Below, piece after piece: positions 56,926-64,000 of a stretch of 64,000 nucleotides of DNA. Below the pieces are notes generated by a model that ran no database searches, was not told the origin of the DNA, and saw only the letters and a program-made list of their open reading frames with translations. Each line of letters starts with the position of its first letter. Position 1 is the stretch's first letter. Made by a program: the position numbers and the translations under genes. Source of the DNA: a virus; IMG/VR virus record IMGVR_UViG_3300030333_004588, positions 1-64,000 of that record; one strand, written 5' to 3'.

Positions 56926-57224
56926 TAAATTCTATTTAGTTTATTAAGTTCACTTATTGCCTCTGATATATCGGTTGGTATATATAACTCTTGACCTATA
57001 ACAGGATAAATAGTATTGGTGAATTTATTTCTTCTTGCAATAATCCAATATAAATCTACATCACCATAATATTCAAAGGCAAGTTTAGTAAGATTATCAC
57101 CATATTTTGCAATAATTTTTACATCAGTATCTTGTTCTTCTATAACAGGATATTTAGTTCTACTTAAAAATTGAACTTCTGTATCTTTATCTCTTCTTAT
57201 TGGTTGAAATTTATATCTTCTCAT
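56925..57224 (-). CDS. LysM-like baseplate wedge protein (gp53/GpX-like)
   Basis: GDNLTKLAFEYYGDVDLYWIIA..N...GQELYIP. Confidence 0.75.
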   Translation of the reverse strand: MRRYKFQPIRRDKDTEVQFLSRTKYPVIEEQDTDVKIIAKYGDNLTKLAFEYYGDVDLYWIIARRNKFTNTIYPVIGQELYIPTDISEAISELNKLNRI

Positions 57225-57236
57225 TGTTTAACCCTA

Positions 57237-59597
57237 TTATCGTGGTATTTCGTCAATTGGTAAATCAACTGGCATATCTTCCCCATCAAATCCTACTTCT
57301 GGTAAGGGTATTTCTGGTCTTTCAGCTGATAGATGTTCTTGAGTCATTGCAACACTTGGTTTTGTTCCACCTGAACCCAACCAACTATTATAAGTCACAT
57401 CCCTATCATCTACCTTTTGAGTACTTCTTTCAGGATATTTTATTGATGTCTTTTTAGGGTCATCGGTTCCAAATATACCAAATTTATCTTCACCAACTCC
57501 ACTATCTTTTAACCATGGTATATCATAATGTTTACCAAGTGTTTGTGGTATTTTCTTACCAAGGTATACAAATTCAACTGAAACATCTGCAACATGTGGA
57601 TACTGAACTCCATCGGAAATTTCCCATGACATTGTATTATTAATTTGAACATTTACACTACTGAAATAACCAGGTGTATTGTTGAATAAATCACCAATAG
57701 TTAAATAAACATATGGTGACACTGGTCTAACTTCTTTATCATCAGTTAAGAATTTTTTAAATGATGGTGTTGTTAAACCTTTAAGTGCATTTAACTTTTC
57801 CCAAATTATTGGAACATCATTTCTTTTTAATGCAGCAACTTTGAAAGTTAATGATATATTTCTTGTATATCCTTGATAAATATGAACTGCGTCTGGTCTA
57901 CCAATATATCGTTCTTGTGCATATTCCGCACTTGAATTATCAGTAATATCTTCAATATATGCAGGGAAGATAATCCATTTACCATTTACTGCATCTCTAA
58001 TTCTAAATTTAATTAAATCTGTTGGAAAATCTTTGTCATTTGTTAATTTTTTAATCTGACCAAATTGTCCTTGATATGGTACTTGTGGGTCATTATCGTA
58101 ATCAATCGTTACACCTAATTGTTTAACACCAATCTGACCAAGTGAAAGCTTTCTTTGATTTCTTACCATGTTTATACCAAATGAAGAACCATCAACCTCA
58201 CGACTATTATATTTCATACCACCAATTAGTTTTGCAGTTTGTTTATCTGTTTTGGTACTATCTTCTTTTGGTAATCTATCTGATTTAAATTTTTTCTCGT
58301 GAATTATATTTTCATATCTTGGTACTTGTCCTATTGGATTTGCAAATAAACTACCAAGAAACCCATCTCCTGATGGTTCATTATGTCTTGGTTCATGAAA
58401 GAGTCCTGTGGAACTTAAACTTGTTGATAATACATTAAAACTTCGTGTTTCTTTTCTTGGATTCATTTTCTGTAGAACGAATTGTTTTACATTCCATATT
58501 AATCCTTTTGGTGATAATAAAAATTTACCAATTCTTTCTGCATCAGTTATCATTCTATTAGTATAAGTAACAACTCCACCTCTAAATAATCCTTCATCAA
58601 ATACATAAGGTGAACCTGCACCAAAATCTCTTTCACCAATCTCTCTAATCACATATGGTTCTGTAAAAAATCTTGAACTTCCTCTTAATCCTTTATTACC
58701 ATCAAATTTACCATACATCTTCTTTAAAAAATCTTTTCCTGCAATGGTATCACCAATATATGGCCCGAATGGTAATTCAATATTACTTTTTAATCCTGAA
58801 ACTGCAGAAACGGTTCCAATTTGTATTTGTTGTCCTTGACCAACTTTAATTGAACCTGCATTACCTTGGTCTATACTTGTTAAATTTACATCTAACATAT
58901 TTCCAAGTTTTGTTTCTGAGGCTATTGTAAAATCTGTTTCATTATGACCATCGTGTGCCAATGGTGGTTCCGAATCTCTTCTTGGCCCATGAACTCCACC
59001 GAAATTAGTATCATAATTTTTAACACCTGCATTACTAAAAATTTTTATTTCTTCATGATTTTGTGGATTATTCTTTGACCCAACTTTATCATCAAAAATA
59101 CTTGAACCATCAATATATTCTGATGGGTCTTTCTCTTTTCTATCTAATGTGAATCCTGTTGCATTGTTATTATGAAAATAATCAACTGGTCCTGGCCAAG
59201 ATTCTTTAAATATAGATGACTCTAAGTCATATTCTGTAACATCACCTTGTTGTCTATTTAATGTGAATCCTGTTGCATTATTATTGTGAAAATAATCAAC
59301 TGGTCCTGGGAATCCATCTAACTTAATACTTGATTGTGTAAAATATTCTGTTGGGTCTTGTTCTTGTCTACCAATTGTAAATCCTGTTGCATTGATATCT
59401 TTCATAAAATTAACAGGTCCTGGCCAACCATCAAGTTGAACCGAAGACTCTACTGCATATTCTGTAGTATCACCATATACTCTATTAGGTGTAAATCCTG
59501 TTGCATTATCTTCTCCAAAATATTCACCATGTTTGGTTCCTATTTTTGAATAATCAAATGAACTTAAATCTGTTTTTAATTTATCTAATAAACTCAT
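57237..59597 (-). CDS. Baseplate/tail-tube initiator-like protein with N-terminal repeats
   Basis: C-terminal FPAYI..ITDN..A.Y....YIGR....Y.GYTR.ISLTF; located after the tape measure gene. Confidence 0.6.
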   Translation of the reverse strand: MSLLDKLKTDLSSFDYSKIGTKHGEYFGEDNATGFTPNRVYGDTTEYAVESSVQLDGWPGPVNFMKDINATGFTIGRQEQDPTEYFTQSSIKLDGFPGPVDYFHNNNATGFTLNRQQGDVTEYDLESSIFKESWPGPVDYFHNNNATGFTLDRKEKDPSEYIDGSSIFDDKVGSKNNPQNHEEIKIFSNAGVKNYDTNFGGVHGPRRDSEPPLAHDGHNETDFTIASETKLGNMLDVNLTSIDQGNAGSIKVGQGQQIQIGTVSAVSGLKSNIELPFGPYIGDTIAGKDFLKKMYGKFDGNKGLRGSSRFFTEPYVIREIGERDFGAGSPYVFDEGLFRGGVVTYTNRMITDAERIGKFLLSPKGLIWNVKQFVLQKMNPRKETRSFNVLSTSLSSTGLFHEPRHNEPSGDGFLGSLFANPIGQVPRYENIIHEKKFKSDRLPKEDSTKTDKQTAKLIGGMKYNSREVDGSSFGINMVRNQRKLSLGQIGVKQLGVTIDYDNDPQVPYQGQFGQIKKLTNDKDFPTDLIKFRIRDAVNGKWIIFPAYIEDITDNSSAEYAQERYIGRPDAVHIYQGYTRNISLTFKVAALKRNDVPIIWEKLNALKGLTTPSFKKFLTDDKEVRPVSPYVYLTIGDLFNNTPGYFSSVNVQINNTMSWEISDGVQYPHVADVSVEFVYLGKKIPQTLGKHYDIPWLKDSGVGEDKFGIFGTDDPKKTSIKYPERSTQKVDDRDVTYNSWLGSGGTKPSVAMTQEHLSAERPEIPLPEVGFDGEDMPVDLPIDEIPR
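59095..59515 (-). repeat. Four tandem 114-bp (38-aa) intragenic repeats
   Basis: AATCCTGTTGCATT recurs at about 59152, 59266, 59380 and 59494; protein unit PGPVxxFxxxNATGFTxxRxxxDxxEYxxxSS. Confidence 0.9.
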
Positions 59598-61774
59598 TAC
59601 ACATTTCCTACCAAGTCACTAAATCCTTGTTTCTGTTCTCTTCTTAGTGCCTGTAATTCTGAAACAATACCATTATTACCTTCTTCTTGTTTATTAACAA
59701 GTTTATCGGTTGCAAAAAGACCAAGTGCTGCTCCACCTAATGAACCAACGATACCACCGATTGCAGTTCCAATACCTGGGGCAATTGCTGTACCAATCGC
59801 GGCTCCAAGTTTTGCACCACCCCATGCACCTGCACTTGTTCCGACTCCTGTTGCAACTTGTCCCATATCACCACTCATTATTCCACCTATCATATTAGGT
59901 GCACCTGCTAATAATCCACCAACTCTTGCATATCTCATCGCACTCATTGCTCTTGGTGAGTTTTGCATTGCTTTTTGTATTTGGTATGCCTTACCCATTT
60001 GAGTCATGTTCATACCTCTACCCGCATTTGCCTTTCTAAATTCATTGAAATTTTTAAAGTTTTTTGGAACACCACCACCACCTGGAGTAAATGGTAAAAC
60101 ATTACTACCCTTTTGAGCTCTGTGAGTTCTGTAAAATGCAGCAATGTTTTTGCCCAATGCAATAGTATTTGCAACAAGTGCAACTATTAAAGTACCTATC
60201 ACACCATTTAAAAAGGCCATCAAAATATTATTTTTATCAATACCTTCTGCCTTAAACTTTACATTACCTTGTGCAAGTCTATTTAACTCTGAAACCTCTA
60301 TACCAAGTGATTGTGCCAATGACCTTCTGGCCACTACATTCATGTTTTGTAATTGTTGTTCACTTCCAACTTGTTTTACAATTTCTTTTTGTAAGGCCTG
60401 CATATCACCCGCCAATGCAAGTTCACGAGCCCTATTAAGATTTAATTGTCTACCAATCAGTAATGAGGCCTCTAATTCATTCTCAATACTACTTTCAAAA
60501 TCTAATAATGAGTTTGCAATCTTCGCAGTTGTACCTAAACTCATTCCAAGTTTACGAGCTTGAATAGCAGTTTGTGCCATATTTTTACCACCATCATTTG
60601 TAAACTCTGCAATTAATTGTGAGTTGTCTGCCATATCCTTTATGATATCTGCTGGTAATACTCCTGCTCTTTTTGCCTGTCTGGATATATCTCTTTGAGT
60701 TGCAAGTGCTTGGTCAATTGATAAACCTGATATAGAACTTTGTATTTTTGCAAGTTCAAGTGCTTCTTTTTTCTGTATACCAAATAGGATAGCGTTAAGA
60801 GATAAGTTTTTTGAAATACTAAATGAAAACTGACTTATATCCCCAAATACCTCTACAAAATCTCTAAAACCTGGTATAAATTGTTTTGAAATATCTTGTA
60901 TAGGTAATTTTGAAATACCATCTTGAAGACCTTTGAATAGTGCAACTGCACCAAGTGCACCTGCAACTCTCCACGCAGTTTTCCATTTTCCACCACTTCT
61001 AAACCCTTCAACAAGTCTGACGGTGGCATCTCTTTCACCTTTACCAATCAAACTATCAACCATGTCATTTAAACCACTATTTTCATCAGCAAAGGCAAAT
61101 TGAAATCCACTCATATCAACATTTCCACCAGCCCTTTCAATTGCAGCTGCAACTTCTGCCGCGATTTCTTTTTTTGATTGTGGATTTGCCCTAAACATAT
61201 TAGATATAAATCCACCAACTGCCTCTTGTCCTGCACCTTTCCAGAATTTTTCAGGTTTAAATGCTTCTCTAACTGCATCCGCCATATCTTGACCTAAACT
61301 ATCAATACCCAATGCAGTAGATAAGAATCCACCTATTACAGGTATACCACTTACCGCACTACTAATATTATCACCAAATGACTTTGCAGCATTCGCAGAC
61401 GCATTGATTTGACTATTTATAGATTTTTGAATTCTTTGTTCGTGTTTTAAAACTTGAAGGATTGCTTTCCTATTCTTTAATCCTTGTTTTGAAAACTCTG
61501 CAGATAATTCATCTAAATCTACGGTTTCAAAAGTTTCTTTATTTATATTTCTACGATTACCTAATATTTGTTGTTGAAGGTCATTAGATTTTTTTAGTGT
61601 GTTGAGTTGGCTGTCGGATAGCTTTTTATAGTCTGAAAATGTTTGAACTAATCTCTTACCATAATTTACTATATCAGGAAACTCTTTAGATATTTCTTTA
61701 ATAAATTTTTCAGTTTCTTGAACTGATTTTTGGATATCCTCAAAGTTTCTTTTTGCTTTATCAGATTGTGCCAT
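59597..61774 (-). CDS. Tape measure protein
   Basis: Helical, Ala/Gly-rich; LLDFESSIENELEASLLIG; Gly-rich hydrophobic C-terminus; follows the chaperone genes. Confidence 0.8.
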   Translation of the reverse strand: MAQSDKAKRNFEDIQKSVQETEKFIKEISKEFPDIVNYGKRLVQTFSDYKKLSDSQLNTLKKSNDLQQQILGNRRNINKETFETVDLDELSAEFSKQGLKNRKAILQVLKHEQRIQKSINSQINASANAAKSFGDNISSAVSGIPVIGGFLSTALGIDSLGQDMADAVREAFKPEKFWKGAGQEAVGGFISNMFRANPQSKKEIAAEVAAAIERAGGNVDMSGFQFAFADENSGLNDMVDSLIGKGERDATVRLVEGFRSGGKWKTAWRVAGALGAVALFKGLQDGISKLPIQDISKQFIPGFRDFVEVFGDISQFSFSISKNLSLNAILFGIQKKEALELAKIQSSISGLSIDQALATQRDISRQAKRAGVLPADIIKDMADNSQLIAEFTNDGGKNMAQTAIQARKLGMSLGTTAKIANSLLDFESSIENELEASLLIGRQLNLNRARELALAGDMQALQKEIVKQVGSEQQLQNMNVVARRSLAQSLGIEVSELNRLAQGNVKFKAEGIDKNNILMAFLNGVIGTLIVALVANTIALGKNIAAFYRTHRAQKGSNVLPFTPGGGGVPKNFKNFNEFRKANAGRGMNMTQMGKAYQIQKAMQNSPRAMSAMRYARVGGLLAGAPNMIGGIMSGDMGQVATGVGTSAGAWGGAKLGAAIGTAIAPGIGTAIGGIVGSLGGAALGLFATDKLVNKQEEGNNGIVSELQALRREQKQGFSDLVGNV

Positions 61775-61815
61775 ATGTTATTATCTCAACTTAAATATAT
61801 AACCGAATATGTTTT

Positions 61816-62073
61816 TTAAAGTATGTCGCTGATATCTCTTCCAAACAAATCATCCATATCTGATTTCCAATTTGGGTCTCTCATTTTTTTATTAAGATAT
61901 TTTTGTGTTTGTTTGTCAATTTGAGCTATTTTTTCAATACTCTGTTTAATAACAGGGTCTTTAGATAATTTCTTAATCACATTTTTTTTCGCTCTCTTTG
62001 TCGCTAAGGCTTTCATAAGAGAACCCACAAACTCTGGTATTAATTTTTTATCTTTGATTATTATTTTAGACAT
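61816..62073 (-). CDS. Hypothetical protein
   Basis: ORF track; AGGAG RBS. Confidence 0.55.
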   Translation of the reverse strand: MSKIIIKDKKLIPEFVGSLMKALATKRAKKNVIKKLSKDPVIKQSIEKIAQIDKQTQKYLNKKMRDPNWKSDMDDLFGRDISDIL

Positions 62074-62112
62074 TTTGACTCCTGTTTAATCATTAATAAA
62101 TATCAGGAATCA

Positions 62113-62341
62113 TTATTTTTTGAACTGAGGCATCTGAACTCCACCTTGTCCTTTTTGAGCTTTATCCATTCCCTTTTTCTGTTCTTCTAAGGCCTTTAAT
62201 ATCTCTTGAATATAGAATTTTCTGAGTGGAATGGGCATATTATAGACTTCTTGGTGGGTAAACCCTCCGTTACCATAATATGTTAGGCTGAAGATTTCTT
62301 CGTGTATTGCCGGCCTGTTACTCGCCGGCTGGCCAAAAAAA
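62113..62341 (-). CDS. Tail assembly chaperone C-terminal (frameshift) segment
   Basis: No ATG/RBS at its 5' end; overlaps the upstream gene at a U7 run; YNMPIPLRKFY motif. Confidence 0.7.
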
Positions 62342-63088
62342 GTCAATCCCAAGTGCAATGGGAATTTTGTGTTGTTTACCCACCTTACTTGTATAGTTTA
62401 TACTAACATCAACATCTGGTTGAATCTTACTTACATATTTTCTGAATTCACGAGTATCTAATGCAAGAAATTGGTTATCTACAAAATTATCAATTTCTTT
62501 TTGGTCTGTTACACCATCAACTGAAAGTATTTGGTGTTTCAAACGAAGTGTCATTTCATTACTTACACCTGTTACATTAGTTACTTTTTCATATGATTGT
62601 ATCAATTTATCTATTGTTTCTTCATCACTATGTGTTAGTAATTTAAACTCAATAACCTTTTTAGAATTAGGTAATGTGAATGAAAATTTATTTTCACCCT
62701 TGAATACTGATTCATCAAACTTAGTATTTTTAAGTTTAGTTAAATCAATTTCTGTTTCTACTGAATCACCTGTATCTGGGTCAGTCAATGTCACAGGATA
62801 ATCTTTACCATATCCCAAAACACGAGTCCCAATCATTATTGCGTTTTTATCACCAATAAGTAAGTCACCTAACTTAACACCCTCTGTTGCAATAATACTA
62901 TCTAATAGTCTATCAATTACAACACCTTGTTGTATAAGATTTTGTGAAGTTAAGATATCTTCTTCTTTTGCTGTCATATATTTTACATCAATTGTTCCCT
63001 TACTTAAAGGACTATCTTTAGGATATAGTAATCCCTTTGATGGTAAAGATAGCACTTCAGTAGGAAATGCATACTGATTTTCTGCCAT
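62318..63088 (-). CDS. Tail/baseplate assembly chaperone (T4 gp26-like)
   Basis: LPSKGLLY, MTAKEEDIL, ends DFFWP; between tube and tape measure genes. Confidence 0.75.
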   Translation of the reverse strand: MAENQYAFPTEVLSLPSKGLLYPKDSPLSKGTIDVKYMTAKEEDILTSQNLIQQGVVIDRLLDSIIATEGVKLGDLLIGDKNAIMIGTRVLGYGKDYPVTLTDPDTGDSVETEIDLTKLKNTKFDESVFKGENKFSFTLPNSKKVIEFKLLTHSDEETIDKLIQSYEKVTNVTGVSNEMTLRLKHQILSVDGVTDQKEIDNFVDNQFLALDTREFRKYVSKIQPDVDVSINYTSKVGKQHKIPIALGIDFFWPAGE

Positions 63089-63162
63089 GTTATTAATCTC
63101 CTTGATTAAGAATTAAATTTAAAACCATATATTATAACTATTTTTGGATTTTCAAAATTTAA

Positions 63163-63390
63163 TTATTTTTTATTTCCAAGAACTTTTTCTGCACCTGCGA
63201 TACCGAAAGACCCTAAAGTAGTGAATAGAAATGAATTATAAACAACATCATTAATCACTAAATCTTTTCCAAGTATTCCAGTAACGACATCTGCCATTGC
63301 GAACATAACCATTATTGTAAATGCTCCGAATCCAATGATTGATTTTTCATTGTAATCGTTATCGTCCTTGAATATTTCCCACATTTTCAT
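63163..63390 (-). CDS. Small two-TM membrane protein (holin-like)
   Basis: Two hydrophobic helices, basic C-terminus. Confidence 0.5.
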   Translation of the reverse strand: MKMWEIFKDDNDYNEKSIIGFGAFTIMVMFAMADVVTGILGKDLVINDVVYNSFLFTTLGSFGIAGAEKVLGNKK

Positions 63391-63403
63391 ATATCTCCGA
63401 TTG

Positions 63404-63895
63404 TTAGAATTGTAGTATTGCGTAATCGTAACGAAGTGTTAAAGAAATATCAGCAACATCTGTTCCATTTGCGAAATCTAAATCATTGAAGTTTGCTGAT
63501 TGAATTTGTGCACCTTTTAATGTCCACTCTTCTACTTTATCACCTACTGGCCCGAGTAAATTGAAAGTAATATCTTTTTTATAGAAATCAGAATATCCAT
63601 CACGACCTGTTACTGATTCGTGGTGTAATCTTACCCACTCCATAACAGCTTGTGCTCCACTTGGAACAACTGGGTCATATAGAGTTACTTCTAAAGTTTC
63701 CCATGCTCCTTTACCTTTAACATATCGTTTTACATTGATATGTTCTAATACGATTTCTTCAAAAGTTATTGTTGGTCTATTCGCAGTCTTTACAAGATAT
63801 GCTGGAATGCCATCAATGTACATGATGAACCTATTTTTTGTTTTAGGTTCAAACGGGGTATAAAAAATTTCATTTGGGTCAATTAATTCTGCCAT
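63404..63895 (-). CDS. Tail tube protein (gp19-like)
   Basis: FEPK..NRF, RP, W..L.VTLYDP, WVR, EEWTLKGA, LTLRYD. Confidence 0.88.
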   Translation of the reverse strand: MAELIDPNEIFYTPFEPKTKNRFIMYIDGIPAYLVKTANRPTITFEEIVLEHINVKRYVKGKGAWETLEVTLYDPVVPSGAQAVMEWVRLHHESVTGRDGYSDFYKKDITFNLLGPVGDKVEEWTLKGAQIQSANFNDLDFANGTDVADISLTLRYDYAILQF

Positions 63896-64000
63896 TTTAT
63901 TTCTCCTATTAGGCCAGTTTTACTTTCATATATAAATATAAGAAAAGGAAAAAAAGTGTATTAGTATATTATTATATTTTTAGAAGTTTTTTTGAAGTTT

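Noticed and set aside
59095-59515. 114-bp repeats as a CRISPR array or DGR template/variable pair
   Set aside because: They are in-frame coding repeats without unique spacers, and no reverse transcriptase is present in the window.
503-60563. All plus-strand ORFs in the track (e.g. 2296-2760, 48851-49438, 60144-60563) and nested minus-strand ORFs (22493-22678, 38011-38328, 60853-61047)
   Set aside because: They are antisense or out-of-frame shadows of well-supported genes, with no motifs and compositions typical of reverse-complemented coding DNA.
1-64000. Stop-codon reassignment as seen in some large phages
   Set aside because: Core genes are full-length in the standard code, and TAA, TAG and TGA all end genes at tight gene junctions.

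Overview
This 64 kb AT-rich window is part of a large T4-like myovirus genome, most likely aquatic or marine. The TonB-dependent receptor and pilins point to a Gram-negative host, but I cannot identify the host from sequence alone. All credible genes are on the minus strand. In transcription order (right to left): (i) tail module with tube, chaperone pair joined by a probable programmed frameshift, tape measure and baseplate genes; (ii) APS kinase, nucleotidyltransferase, ThyX, RimK and a short, odd family-A polymerase; (iii) a ~390-nt heavily base-paired non-coding element; (iv) T4-type replication core (gp32, UvsX/RecA, RNase H, gp41 helicase, B12-dependent class II RNR, PolB, clamp, clamp loaders), with a full-length TonB-dependent receptor directly behind the RNR; (v) an island between the two clamp-loader subunits (GNAT, ATP-grasp-like/Hint fusion, four 2OG-Fe(II) oxygenases, QueC-like, sulfotransferase); (vi) a ~20 kb glycan biosynthesis/modification region, including an HpcH-aldolase / LdpA-like Fe-S / HAD / CMP-transferase / Maf block; (vii) the start of a type IV pilin cluster with a sigma54-like promoter. 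Best leads: the large ornate ncRNA, the putative non-canonical ulosonic-acid pathway containing LdpA, the phage pilins, the nrdJ-pseudoknot-TBDR unit, and the ATP-grasp/Hint tailoring island. Family calls come from motif recognition, not database searches.
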